Below, in pieces: positions 1-14,213 of a DNA stretch of 64,000 nucleotides (position 1 is its first letter; the number at the start of each line of letters is the position of its first letter). Origin of the DNA: Curvularia clavata (lineage: Eukaryota); the NCBI GenBank assembly GCA_023920165.1, contig CP089276.1, positions 4,092,001-4,156,000 of the forward strand. The letters run 5' to 3'. The position numbers and the translations under genes are program-made. The notes under the pieces are model-generated. The model was not told the origin of the DNA. It saw nothing but the letters and a program-made list of their open reading frames with translations, and searched no databases.

Positions 1-827
1 GCTTCAATCACCTGAGGCTGCCGCTCTGCTTCGCCCAGTATCTGTGCTGCTTTGGATGGCATCAGTACTGGTACTGCAGTGCTAAAAGGCGATGGTATCG
101 TGCCAGAGGACTTGGAGAAAGCATTGCGAAGATTTTGAAAAAGCTTCTTCTTGGGACTCTTGGAGGCCTCTTCTAGAGCTGGCTGCTCGTCTTTATTGGC
201 AGCCCGACACTGTGGCCGCAGGTCTACGGTTCTGATGTAGACCTCATCCTCCCTCAAGTCACCTGCGGTCCTTTAATAACAATGCTGTGGAATGAGGATC
301 CTGCACTTACCATTACCTGGAGTGGGCGGAATCTGCCCAGTCAACTTGAACAGGTTCCTCTCAGACCGTGACTCAATCTCGCCTCGAGCCGTTAGCTCGT
401 CGAGGGCTTCAAGTTCTGCCTGAGCGGCCACGGCACTCTGCTGACTGCGACCTGATCGCTTTGAGCGCGTCGTGGAGCCATGAGAGCTGCCTGTAACAGA
501 TCCGTAATCCGACTTCTGAGAAGATGAAGCAATCTTCTGTTCCATGACATTGGTAAGCTCAGTCACGGCGTTGCGGCCCTTACCAGAACCCGAGTGCGGA
601 AGATGTATCTCAGCCGGATCTACAGGCGTAGTCACTGAACTGGCTCCGACAGACCGCTGTCCCTGATGGGTGGCATTGGAAGAATTCTGAGCATATTGCG
701 GTCGCTTCTCATGGTCTGCATATTGAGCATTGGCTGGCAGCTCTGTAAGCTGCTGCCGCTGCTGTGAAAGTGAGGGGTTGTTGGTAGGGAGAGGGGGAGG
801 ACGCTTGCCTCGCGGATTAGACGACAT
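1..827 (-). CDS. Hypothetical protein, 3' part truncated by the window start; Ser/Gln-rich N-terminus
   Basis: ATG at 827 opens ORF 273..827. GTAAGT donor at 310 and CAG acceptor at about 263; coding appears to continue to the window edge. Confidence 0.6.
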
Positions 828-1549
828 ATCCGACAGGCTTGTAGCAGATCCCTGCTGTGTGTGTATGTGTGTGGGAGAACTCGCAGTAGAGTGATGGGTG
901 AAAGAGGAGAGTGGGCTAGCCTATGGGATGGGCTGCTCTGATGAGGTGAAAGGCTCGACTATCTGTTCACGCTCACAATCGTCAGTACTTGGAACTTGTA
1001 GCATACAAGTTCAGAGGTCCTGGGCAGTGCGGCGAGAGGTTGTCTGTGAGTGTTTGTTGTTGGCGAGAGATTAAGTGCGAGTGACGGCTCTGCTGCATAC
1101 TAAGGGCATATGGGCGTGCTGCCACAGGTAACCACGATAACAACAAACGCACCGCACCGCACACTCACCTCGAAATTTGACAGACAGCCACGTGCGGGCG
1201 TAAAATTAGCAATGACGCCATCAGACAGTGAAAGTAGAGAACCTCGTTACCTGCTCCATGCCAGCTAGCTGCCAATTGAGAATATGCATGCATTTGTAGA
1301 TAAAAACGGAACGAGATGTTTGAATTGACTGTCGTTTGAGCCTCGTGCAGGGCAACAAAGCCAGTCAGGTCAATATGTAGAGAGCAAAATGAAAAAGCCA
1401 GCCGGGTAATGGCAGAAGAAAAAGATCGCTACCCACAAATGGCGCCTGTATTCGAAGAGGTATCCAAAAGATTCACGCCTAATCAAAGAAGTTGTGCAAT
1501 GCAACGCTCCCAAGCGTGCGGTCGTGCTTAACTGTCGCCTCCACCACGT

Positions 1550-2444
<895 letters not shown>

Positions 2445-3935
2445 GTTGAAAGGAGGGCAAAGCTAGCAGCGAGGAGCTTTGCAAGGAAGCGAGCCGAGGA
2501 CAGTGATGTCGATGTCGTGTTTGGCTGTGGCGTGCAAACAGAGAGCCAGAGTCGGGGTTGGCCGCGTGGAGGCTAAGTAGGTCGTCAATGCGGAGACGGA
2601 GCTACGGACTGGAGCTGGAGCTAGAGCCGCAAGGTGCTATGCAAACGAGGGGTCGAAAATGAGCGGAGCAGGTCTGCGCAGGGCGGGCAGTCAGTGTCAG
2701 GGTCGACGAGGCAGGCAGAAGACGGCAAAGGCGGGCAGGCATACCTGGGGAGGGTGGCGGCGCGTGCTAGGCTGGAGGAGAGGGAGTGAAACTCGAAACG
2801 TTAGACTGCGCTGAGGACGCTGGGCGGTGGGCGGTGGGCGGTGGACGGCGAGCGGCGGCGGCGGGGAGGACAGGAGAGGAGAGTCGAGGCAGTGCCAATG
2901 ACGAGGCACGCGACGGGCGACAGCGAGACAGCACGGGCGGGGACAGGCGGCGGGCGGGCGACGAGGGCAGTCGGGAGGGCGTTGTCAGCGTGGGATGGGG
3001 CTCGAGTGAGGTTGTAAGGTGAGATGCACCGACGGTAACGGAGCGCCCTTGGGCAGGGCAGAGGCCAATCAGTGAAAGTCGGTCTAGGGCTGTTATCACG
3101 GCTAGCCTTGCATTCGGCTCCCGCCCGTACGGAAAACGGCGCGCATTATGTAGCGCCTGCGTGTATCTGCTGCACAATTTAACCCTCTGGATGCGCTGCT
3201 GCTGGCCAGACCGCGGGCGTGTTTGATTAAGGCCGGCTGCCTGTCTGGCCTGCCCAGTGCAGCCACAGTACCTACATACACATACATACATACATGGCCG
3301 CGCCGTGCAGCTCGCTGCAGTGCCGCCCCGTCTGCCAGCTGCCAGCGCCACCTGGCATTGGCCTGCTAGACGCACACGTTGCTCTTGTTGCTTTGCCATT
3401 CCCGCCATCACCCCTGACACGCCCGTCGAGAGCCCCAGATTTAACATATCCGTGCACCTCCAACAACGTGGCTGATCGCCTTGCGCGCCCACGTAGCGTC
3501 CTCTGGCGCGACATGCCGAGTCGGGTCGAGTGACTCGAGTCTGCTGGTGCTGCTGGTGCTGCTGGTGCCGCCGTTGCAATGCCTCCAGCCTAATTGGCCT
3601 GGCTTCGTCTGACCGGTTGGATAGCACACGCCGGCGCAGCCCTGTCATATATCGCCCTGCGCCAAACCAGATGGTGTTGTAAAGTATATCTCGCGGATGA
3701 TGCCATGTGCTGGCTGCGCGCTTCACTGCAGGGCAACCAACTCTAATTCCGCCGCCGCCAATCAACGGCCGCCGTCGGCATGGAGGAACCTTCGGCCCGT
3801 CAAGCTCGGGCCGTCTGCTTCTCCGTCCTCATCGCGCCTCACACCTGCGTCGTGCATCGTGCATCGTGCGCTGTGCACAGGAGCTGTTCAGCAGAAGACC
3901 GCAGGCTTCCCAGCCTCCATCGAGACGCATCTGCC

Positions 3936-5331
3936 ATGGAGCACCTCGACGACGAGCTGGATCTGCACTACCACAAGGGCTTCGATCCAGACGTCTACTA
4001 TCGCTGCCCGACTCTTGAAGTAACCGACTCTCTGAAGCCCTCACCGACAACAAGGTCTTCTTTGTTTAGTCACTGGCAGGAGCACTGCGCAACGAGGTGG
4101 ATAAGAATGCCTACAGCCTCATCCCCACCAATCTTGTTACCGAATTTGTCTTTGCGCCGTCTTCCACCATCACAATCCCCGTGACCCAGCAACTCAACCT
4201 TGATGCGCTGATTGAACCTGCCGGCTTCCTGCAGAGCATTGCCGTCGAGTATGCCCTGTGCCGTGACATCGCTGGCAAAGAAAGGCTCAGGGTGCAGCGA
4301 GCAATTGCGAGGTACCTGCCTTTGTGTACGGGTTGCGACACATGAACTCATCTTGCGCAGATCTATCATTGAAGCCATTCGAGAGACGGATGGCTACGAG
4401 TATTCGGAGCGCTCAGCTCAGAACAGAGACGGCAGTAATGGCGCCAGGTTCAGGTTTGTCTGCCGAGATAGCATCCAAAACAGGTATCGCAAAAGCAACA
4501 TGAAGAAGGACGCGTCACATGACTCTGAAGGAAGTGATGTCAATGCCAGTAAGAACAGCCATGGCATGTTGCCGACGTACGACTGCGGCGGTGCAATATA
4601 CATCAAGTTCTCTCTGAAGCGAGAGGCAATCAATGTTGTGTACAAACATAATCCCATTCACGCAGCACATCCAACTGCCGAAAAGTAAGTTGCGGAGACA
4701 GGTCTGCTCTACGACTATAGCCATTCGGCTTATAGTCTGTCGCTGACGATGCTATAGCCCACCTCCGTCACCTATACACCACCATGTTGCTTCTCCACCT
4801 GATGCTGCGCCTGAAAAACAGCCGCGAAAACGAAGGCGTGGCAAAGAAGCCGAGGCTGATGTGGAAAACCAACACCGAAATGCTGATCGTAACATGCCAG
4901 CTTCTCCAGGAAACCCCAAATCGTCGGCAAAAAAGCGCAAAAGGGAAGGTGCGACGCCATTACCTAAGCCTGCCCGGACGGCATCCTCGAAGCAGAGCAC
5001 AAAGGCAGAATCCCTCACATTGTCCACCCAATCGCGAAAGAAGGCATCTACCGTTGAAGAATCAAAGCAACTGCCGGACAGCGTCAAGGCTTGCATCCGC
5101 TGTCGGGAAAAGAAGATCAAGTGCAACAGGGCAGAGCCCTCGTGTGATCAGTGTCGAAGAGGTTTGTGGACGTGTCAGTACACTGTCCCGGCCAAGAAGC
5201 AGCGATCCAGAAATGGCTGTCTCAACTGCAAACAACGAAAACGCAAGTGCACACATGAGAAGCCAGCATGCGCACACTGCCTGCGCACAGATGACGACTG
5301 TGAGTACGCGGATTACTCTTCACTTCTCTAG
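3936..5331 (+). CDS. Putative transcription factor with two C-terminal Zn(II)2Cys6 clusters and a central C..C..H..H (WRKY/GCM1/FAR1-like) segment; introns 4020-4069, 4312-4360, 4685-4757
   Basis: Three GT..AG introns join ORF pieces 3780, 4097, 4212 and 4861 in frame. Clusters are CIRCREKKIKCNRAEPSCDQCRRGLWTC and CLNCKQRKRKCTHEKPACAHCLRTDDDC. Confidence 0.85.
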
Positions 5332-6298
5332 AGTCCTCTGCCAGCCCTGTGGTTACTACTAGCCCACATGCCAAATACAAATCCCCGGCCGTTGGAAATC
5401 CCATGCCAAGTCCGCCGGCCATGAAGACGTTGAGCGGGGAAGGACCCTTGCAGCCACTTATTCCATTGTGCATCGCCAACGCTACGCCAAATTGCGCTTC
5501 CCAAGACCTCCGCCAACATGCATCCTCTTCCTCCTGACCTACAAATCAGATGATGCAGTAAATCGTGGCATGTGAAGCGTGGGGCACGACCTGTTCACCT
5601 CACAGCCTGTCGGAACTGACCACAAAAGAGGCTGCGTGAGCGTGTGCCAAGGCGAGCAAGAGGGGCACTCGAGTAGACAGTCCCTGACATCTGGCAACAT
5701 GTGAACTTTAAGCAAATGACAGTGCGGCTCTGCTTACATATTGTTTCAACGTACGGAGTAATACTCTGCTCTGCTGACATCTTCGTTGCAACGCACCATC
5801 GCTCTTCGTAACCAGGAATTGCGCGCGAATAGTATGGGCACCTCTAATCAACCCAGGTTACTTCTTTACCCATCGAGGACGGAGCCGCCTGTTCCCCACA
5901 AACCGCTCCCGTACCCCAGTTGCACGGCACATGTATCCATAGGACCTCTCCACCTGTGATGCAACCTGCCATGTTCCTATTCGCCCCATCCCCTGTTTGC
6001 CGGCTGTTAATACTAGGGATAGCGGGCCGCCACAATATACACATTCCACCGCCTCATCAAAGCGACCGATCGCCACTCTACATCACACGTCTGTTTGGCC
6101 GTTTAGTCTTGGGCACCGGGAAACGTCAAGACTTGCCGTGCTCCTTACCGTAATGTGCCAAGTGGATATGGTAGAATGTCATCCTCCGCATGTTCCGCTG
6201 CAGGCAGGATGCGGAAGTACTTAAGGAAGAAAACTGCCTCTATGTAGTGCATACAGTAGATTACCCTCATTCAATTCAAGGCGTTGACATCTCCAACG

Positions 6299-8807
6299 AT
6301 GCGGTCTGCCATCCTCCCCTTGCTGGCTACGGCTGTGCTGTCTTCAGGTGCACATTCATTCTAATCTGCCTACCATGATCGCCACTAACATAGCCAGCTA
6401 TCCCATTCGATCAACCTACTTCGAAGCGTGCAGTAGGTACCTGGGATGCTGCATACACAAAAGCAACAGCAGCACTTGCAAAGCTATCGCAAGACGAGAA
6501 GGTTGGAATCGTTACCGGTACTGGCTGGCAAAAGGGCAACTGTGTGGGTAACACCAAGGCTGCCAGTTCAATTGGATACCCCTCGCTTTGTCTGCAAGGT
6601 GAGCAAATACGTTCCAAATACTTCAGGCCGACACGTCTTCCAGATCACAGCAGGGAAAACAAGTTCTCCCATAGTCTTGGAGGACGTTCGGATCTGCGTC
6701 TCCTATGAAGATCACCGTAAAGCTAACGACGTAAAGACGGCCCCCTTGGTGTCCGCTATGTGCAGGGTATAACTGCCTTCTCCTCTGCCATCCACGCCGC
6801 CAGCACCTGGGATATTGATCTTGTCCGCGAACGAGGAGCTTTTCTCGGTGCCGAAGCCAAGCAGTTGGGTATCCATGTGCAACTTGGCCCTTCTGCTGGA
6901 CCTCTTGGCAAGTTTGCCAAAGGCGGGCGTAACTGGGAGGGCTTCGGCTCAGATCCGTATCTTCAGGGTATCATGATGGCACAAACTATCGAGGGCATGC
7001 AGGAATCTGGTGTTCAAGCCACCGCTAAGCACTGGATTGTTAACGAGCAAGAGCGCAACAGGGACACCATGAGCTCCGATGTAGGCGACAGGGTCTTGCG
7101 TGAGCTTTATGTTTGGCCATTTGCGGATGCTGCTCACAGCAATGCAGCAGCTTTTATGTGCAGGTGAGTGGCGCTAGAATGGGTATTGGTTTACATGGCC
7201 ACTGATATGGTTTAGTTACAACAAGCTCAACGGAACGTGGGCGTGCGAAAGCGACGGCGTTATGAACAAGCTGTTGAAGGACGAGCTTGGCCATCGCGGA
7301 TACATCATGTCGGATTGGAATGGTATGTTTGAAAAAAAAAAGGACATGTCCTTGGTCCAACTGTGGCTAACACAATTCAGCCCAACATACTACTACTGGC
7401 AGTGCAAACGGTGGTATGGACATGACCATGCCTGGCACCGACTTCAGTGGTGGCAATGTTTTCTGGGGACCGCAGCTCAAGACCGCCATTAGCAATGGCC
7501 AGGTCAAGCAATCCCGTCTCGATGACATGGTCAAGCGAATTCTCGCTTCATGGTATTTTCTTGGCCAAGACCAAGGCTACCCTGCAACTTCCTTCAACTC
7601 CTGGAATATTGGAAGACACGATGTTAGTGGCAATCACAAGACCAATGTCCGGGCAACTGCTCGAGATGGTATTGTCTTGCTCAAGAACGCCAATGCTGCG
7701 CTGCCTTTGAAAAAGCCAAAGAGCATTGCTGTCATTGGAAGTGATAGTATTGTTGCTCCCCGCGGGGCCAATGCCTGCGTCGACCGTGGCTGCAATGAAG
7801 GTGTACTTACCATGGGCTGGGGTTCTGGATCGGTTGAGCTTCCAAACGACATGGTTGCACCACTGGATGCTATCAAGGCCCAGGCTCAGAAGGACGGTAT
7901 AACTGTTACATCATCACCTAACGACAATGCTCAGCAGGGTGCTAGCGCGGCGCAGAATGCTGACATTGCTGTCGTGTGCATCAACAGCGACGCTGGCGAG
8001 GGATATATCACCGTTGAAGGCAACACTGGTGACCGCACCAACCTCGATCCCTGGCACAATGGGAACGACCTCGTCAAAGCGGTTGCTGCTGTCAACAAGA
8101 AGACGATCGTGGTCGTTCACAGTGTCGGACCAATAATCATGGAGCAGTGGATCGACAACCCCAACGTCGTTGCAGTAGTGTGGGCAGGTCTCCCTGGCCA
8201 AGAGCCTGGAAACGGCGTTGCCGATATCCTCTATGGCGCAGCATCGCCAAGTGGCAAGCTTCCTTACACTATTGCCAAGAAGGAGTCGGACTACGGTACT
8301 ACGATTGCCAGCGGCGACGACAAGTCTTGGGATCTCTTCATTGACTATCGTTATTTCGACAAGCAGAACATCCAGCCCAGGTTTGAATTTGGCTTCGGAC
8401 TCTCATACACCAACTTCACCTACTCTGATCTTACCGTCTCAGGCAAGCCCTCTGCTGGTCCTGCCACTGGCGCCGTACAGCCCGGAGGCCCTGCTGATCT
8501 TTTCGAGACTGTAGCTACAGTGACTGCAAAGATCACGAACTCGGGTGGTGTTGCTGGTGCTGAGGTGCCACAGCTGTACCTGGGCTACCCTGCCTCTACC
8601 AACTCTCCACCAAAGCAGCTCAGAGGCTTCACGAAGCTCAAGTTGGAGGCTGGAGCAGGTGGCACGGCGACATTCAAGCTGAGGAGGAGGGACATGAGTT
8701 TCTGGGACGAGAAGACAAGGAAGTGGACTGTTGCATCGGGCGAGTATAGCGTGTATGTAGGAGCAAGCTCGAGGGACGTAAGGCTCACGGGTAAGATTGT
8801 GGTGTAG
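6299..8807 (+). CDS. Secreted GH3 beta-glucosidase (Cel3A/BglL type), multi-exon
   Basis: Signal peptide MRSAILPLLATAVLS; LCLQDGPLGVR across an intron; GGRNWEGFGSDPYL; KHWIVNEQE; nucleophile motif IMSDW; GLDM-like GMDMTMPG; GLPGQE; C-terminal Fn3-like domain (PKQLRGF). Confidence 0.95.
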
Positions 8808-9091
8808 TCGAATCAAGTGTGCCGCCTCACAAGAGGTACGCCAATGTCACGGCCACGTTGTTCGCTCACGTGTAGTCCACAGTACAGTTTCTGCATACAA
8901 ACATCACATTCTCGAGTATTCCTTTTGCAGTCTAGTCATACATTCACAGCCAATCATGCACCAGCGAAATAATGCCATCCACGTAAGGCGTGATTGACAT
9001 AGGCTTAGGAGAAAAAAAAAGCTTGGCTAGACTAGTCATGCATGGCTATCAGACCGCAGTTTGGCCGATATCGGTATAGCAAAACTTTGTG

Positions 9092-9097
9092 TGACTC
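9092..9097 (+). promoter_or_regulatory. Candidate Gcn4/CpcA element (TGACTC) upstream of CPA1/arg-2
   Basis: Hexamer match about 500 bp upstream of the uORF. Arg genes are typical cross-pathway targets, but the motif is short and could be chance. Confidence 0.3.
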
Positions 9098-9608
9098 TTT
9101 TTTCTCTTCGCCGTCGCTTGAGGTCCACTTACTGGATCCATAGTGGAACTTTTATTATACAGTCATGTACACACATACCAGTATGTGGTAACATACAAAC
9201 AATACAGACTGTGCTTGAGTGTTGAGCTTCAACAGTTGGCCAACCGCAGAGCTGAATTGGCCGAGCAAGGAAACACCACGGCCAAAAAAGCACAAGGCCA
9301 GTGGGGCGGTGATTCACGATCATCGTGTCCCTTTCCCCAGATCTTACATAGTTTGGAAGAATCTTTCGCATCGGCTTGATTCGTTATCGCGACTGTGGCT
9401 GGCCTTGATTGGCGCGTCGGCGTCATAGCGTGGCCTTCACGTAATCGTAAGCTGTACCTAGCAATTCCCCACGGTGACCTTTTCTCCTCGCTCAACACCG
9501 CAAACACTTTTTCTTCCCATCCACATCCACGTCAACAAGCAGCAGCCACAACGGGTCGACTGACCGAACCCACCCTATTTTGACCTCCATTGACACAGAA
9601 TCGCGCAT

Positions 9609-9905
9609 ATGAGTGCTGCCCCAACACTCTTTACTTCCCAGGTATGTCATGCCGGCTTTTGCGGATGCCCTCTTATCTCAAACTTCCTGTACACCGTCAA
9701 TCCCCCATCGGCCTTGTGCAGCAGCGGCTCGCTGGTCGATGCATCTTCATCTCCGCACCCCTCACTCTTATATATTTTTTCTGAACAAGGCTAATTGAGT
9801 ATTACAGGATTACATCTCAGGTATGCTATTACCAGAAGATGACGCGTTGACAGCGTCAAACTGACCATGTCTCTAGACCACCTGTGGAAGGCGTCAGTAA
9901 ACTGA
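9609..9905 (+). CDS. Arginine attenuator peptide (AAP) uORF, 24 aa MSAAPTLFTSQDYISDHLWKASVN; exons 9609-9641, 9808-9820, 9877-9905
   Basis: Joining two GTATG..AG introns gives 75 nt with the FTSQDYxSDHLW core of the Neurospora arg-2 / yeast CPA1 AAP. It ends 60 nt before the CPA1 ATG. Confidence 0.95.
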
Positions 9906-9965
9906 AAGCCTACCTAACATACCAACGAACCAACTACGACTTCTCACTACACATCTCCGCTCATA

Positions 9966-11486
9966 ATGATCTCCCAACTCTTTAAGCCTTCCACGGTCCG
10001 GTCCGCGGGACTCCTGGGACGAATGACAAAGAACCGCCCACAGGCACGCTACCTGGCTACTGTGCAATCAAACACCGAACGCATGATGCCCTCTCCTGGC
10101 GCACGCAGGGCTACCGCTGTCTCCAACGAGCCCGCCACTTTCACCATCAAGGTATGTACAGTCATGGCTTCAAAATTCGGCATAAGACTCACCGCTTGAT
10201 AGAACGGCCCCATCTTCGAGGGCAAGTCATTTGGTGCCAAAACCAACATTTCCGGCGAAGCCGTCTTCACAACTTCCCTCGTGGGATATCCTGAGTCTAT
10301 GACCGACCCCTCCTACCGCGGACAGATCCTTGTCTTTACCCAGCCGCTGATTGGTAACTACGGTGTGCCCTCCAGTGCCCGCGACGAGCACGGCTTGCTC
10401 CGATACTTTGAGTCACCCTACATCCAGGCTTCCGGTATTGTTGTCCAGGATTACGCTCTGAAACACAGCCACTGGACTGCTGTCGAGTCGCTTGGTGCTT
10501 GGTGTGCTCGTGAGGGTGTCCCCGCCATCTCTGGTGTCGACACTCGTGAGATTGTCACCTATCTCCGTGAGCAGGGTTCCTCGCTTGCTCGTATCTCCAT
10601 TGGTGAGGAGTATGATGCCGATGAAGATGAGGCTTATATCGACCCTGAGGCTATTCACCTCGTGCGACGAGTCTCGACAAAGGCACCTTTCCACGTCAGC
10701 TCCTCATTGGGCGACATGCACGTTGCTCTGATCGACTGCGGTGTCAAGGAGAACATCCTCCGCAGCCTCGTTTCCCGCGGTGCCAGCGTCACCTGCTTCC
10801 CCTATGATTACCCGATCCACAAGGTCGCCCACCACTTTGACGGTGTGTTCATCTCCAACGGCCCTGGTGACCCAACCCACTGCACAACCACTGTTCACAA
10901 CCTCCGTAAGCTCTTCGAGACGTCGCCACTCCCAGTCATGGGCATCTGCATGGGTCATCAGCTGATTGCTCTTGCTGCTGGTGCCAAGACCATCAAGCTC
11001 AAGTATGGAAACCGTGCTCACAACATTCCGGCTCTCGACCTCACGACGGGCAAGTGCCACATTACGTCGCAGAACCACGGATATGCTGTTGACCCAACCA
11101 CGTTGACGAGCGAGTGGAAGGAGTACTTCACCAACCTCAACGACCAGTCGAATGAGGGCCTGATTCACGCTTCCCGCCCCATCTTCAGCGCCCAGTTCCA
11201 CCCCGAAGCAAAGGGAGGACCTCTCGACTCTGCCTATCTCTTTGACAAGTACATTGAGAACGTAAAGCAGTACAAGGAGCAACAATCAAGCTTCTCACAG
11301 AGGAGCAACAAGCCCAGCCCGCTCTTGGTTGACCTGCTTGCCAAGGAGCGTGTTGGTGTCCACCCTGATGCGCCGGACTTTGAAGGTCACGCAGCTGGTA
11401 TGGACAGCCAGCAAGTCAATGTTGGTGGCCCCGTTGCTCCTTCGTACCAGCCCATTACGCAGAACCCTGTTGCGTCTGCGGCTTAG
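9966..11486 (+). CDS. CPA1: Arginine-specific carbamoyl-phosphate synthetase small (glutaminase) subunit, mitochondrial; intron about 10152-10203
   Basis: [51 protein letters not shown] (catalytic Cys), [14 protein letters not shown]; Arg-rich presequence. Confidence 0.97.
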
Positions 11487-11843
11487 AGTTGCCACATTGA
11501 CAAACTAAGTTGAGGCGGCTACGATGTGTGGAGTTTTTGTTCTCTTTTTTCTGAATTATTTTGTTTGATCAAAGGTTTCTCGTATTGTGAACAGGACGTG
11601 TGTTGGGCGTTTTATCAAGTAGGGAAGATGGATGGTATATGACCGAGAGGGAATTTTCCGGGTCTAAATTGCAGGCAGATGGATGCTTCGTGGGTTCTCG
11701 TTTTGAACTAGTAATATATACCATGATGATTTGAAATTTTGTGTCTTGCGTTTGCGTACATGTGTGAGTGCGATTGTATTTGTCGCAAGGATACTTTGCT
11801 TGTCATTATTCAAAATCTTCTAACAAAAGGGGTATTATCTAAT

Positions 11844-13684
11844 CTAAGCCTTTCCAAACCCAGGCTCATCCTGCATATCCTCCTCATCTTGCTTCTGCTG
11901 CTGTTGCTGCTGTGTCTGCTCCCCGCCTGCCTGTCCCTGCGCCGCCTGATCACCACCACCCTCCGGCTCCGTAGCCACCGAATCAGCAGGCTTACCTCCG
12001 TCTGGCGACAGATTCTTCCTATCTCGTCTCTCCTGCTCCTTTTTCCTCGCGCCAGCTTTTAGCTTCTCCCACTGCTCTCTGTAGCGGCCTAGGACCTGAG
12101 CGTCTCGCTCGTGCTGCTTGGCCAGTTTCTCGTTGTTGGTCATTAGGTCATCTATTTTGGCGTTTTGAGATGCGAGCAGGGCCTCGAGGTCGGCGATGCG
12201 TTTGAGGGACTCGGCGTCCGGAGGAGGAGGTAGGCTAGGCGATGTAGGGGGCTGGTGGTGCTGAGGGATGGGAGGAGAAGGGAGAGAAGGGTGGACGTGG
12301 GAGGCGAGAGCATGGGGATCGCTGTTGCCGCGGCTGGGACCTCGAGCGCGGAAGGACTGGGCAAGAGCGTTGAACGAATTTTGCGAGTTGAGTTCCCACA
12401 TTTGGATGCGCTTGGCTTGCTTGTCGATGACGGACTTGAGTGTGTCGTTTTCGAGGGCTAGTTCCTCCATGGTCTTGTGGCGCGACCCCCGACCGGCGGG
12501 TATGTTGAGCTGAGTCGTTACACTGGTTGCTGGGTTTCCGCGAGACAGCGGACGGCGTGTTCTGGTGGGCGAGGGTGGCCCGACATTTTCACGCGCATCG
12601 ACAAACTCTTCGTGGGAGCTGCCTCTCAGGGAGCCGGAGCCGTCATCAAGCGCATTGTATGGGGCGCTGGGAGAAGGATTGGGCGCGTTGGGATCGCGGA
12701 GAACACTGGCATAGGTGACTGTACCGCCTGTCGTCGGAACTAGGTAGAAGCTTTCGTTGGGACCGAGAGGAGGCGCACCGTCTTCCCTCAGCGCACGCAG
12801 CGCGGGCTTGCTGATGAGGGCCGCAAGATCAGGAACTGAAGAGGTGACGGTTCTAGAAGCCTCAGGCGAGTGGTTCCGCGACTTTGTCCGTGCAGCCTTG
12901 TCTTCGTCCCTGGGCGGTTCAGGCTCGGGGGTGGAGGCGGAAGGGTTGAGGGGCAGAGATGTGAAGGCGAGTGGTGCACTAATGGCGGATATGATGCCTC
13001 CGAAAGCATTGTAGAAGCGGCGGAAGTTGTCGTCGGCTGGGGGCGCTGTACGCTGTGGTGGGGCCTGGCTTGGGTGCTTGGGTGCGTCTTTGGCATTTGG
13101 AGAGTCTCCTTTGCGCGACTGCTGAGCGAGGAGATCGCGGACCGGTGTAGACGGTTGTTCGTGGCGGGCAGCCGTGGCGTTTGCTGGGTTGACTGAGGCG
13201 GCGCTCGTGGCTCTCTTCGCACTGGGGATGCCGCGCTTCTCGGCAAGGTTGGTGGCTATCGAGGACTGGGGCAGTCTGCGACGCGATGCAGGGGGCGTTT
13301 GGGAAGAAGCGGCCGGCGCAGATGGAGAAGTTCCGGTCGAGGAATTGGGCACGGGAGAGACGGAGGGGTCGGCTGGCTGCTTAGTCGAAGCGGCCGTCTT
13401 CTTGTGCTTAGGAGGCGCTTCTTTGATTAGGCCGGCGAGTTTGCGGTGATGATGCTCAAGCAGAGTAAGGATGCGCAGGGCCTGGGGGGAACGGTCAACG
13501 GAGCACCAGCCGGCTTTGTTGCGATAGCAGATACCTCAGCATTATGCGTGTCCTGGGCAGCATCGTGAAAGGCGGAGGCAGCGAGGTCGTGTTCCTGCCC
13601 CGCGGTCGCGACGCTGTTGTTGCGTGTGGCCGTGGCGGCGGCGCGGGCGTGATCATGGGCTTGGGTGAGGTGTGCGGATTCCAT
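11844..13684 (-). CDS. N-terminal MIT-like helical domain plus C-terminal coiled coil; putative Atg38/NRBF2-like protein; intron 13482-13534
   Basis: MESAHLTQAHDHARAA...EHDLAASAFHDAAQDTHNAE|ALRILTLLEHHHRKLA; coiled coils MEELALENDTLKSVIDKQAKRIQMWE and LKRIADLEALLASQ...YREQWEKLKAGARKK. Confidence 0.65.
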
Positions 13685-14213
13685 AGTGGCAGCAGTTGCA
13701 GCGGCGAGGGCTGGACATGCTCGAGGCGGCTTGGTGGTCGAGTGGTAGGGACAGCGAGAGTGTAAGAGAGGGAGAGAGACCGAGTGTGAGTGACGCTATA
13801 GGCGACAAGGATGCTGCTGCCCCCATGCAACCGCACAGTCGATCACCGGGTCGAGGGCCCGCCGCTAATGGACACGATTGGAACCGTGAACACGAGCAAC
13901 GTCGAGGGCCTGGTTTCAGCCCTCCAGCTGTTGCGCCGTGCTTTCTTCTGTCGGCCACATTCATCCTCATACATAGACACTCACGGCGCCCCCTCTGCTC
14001 AAATGTCCCTCGTCTGACTCTCCCGGCGACGCTGCCATAGACTGAAGCCCGTCACACTGTTCACAACTACGTAATCGACCCCATCCACCACCACCACGCC
14101 GACAGCCACCAGCGAACAGCTCCCCTCCCTCCCCCAACCCGCCGCCACGCCCACGATGCGAACCTGAGGCGACCTGTAGGCCATCCGCTCCGCAATCGAT
14201 TCACACCACATCC

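Noticed and set aside
2767..3765. 332-aa minus-strand ORF between CDC42 and the Zn2Cys6 gene
   Set aside because: GC-rich divergent promoter/UTR with simple repeats (GGCGGTG, TGCTGCTGG); low-complexity translation with no motif.
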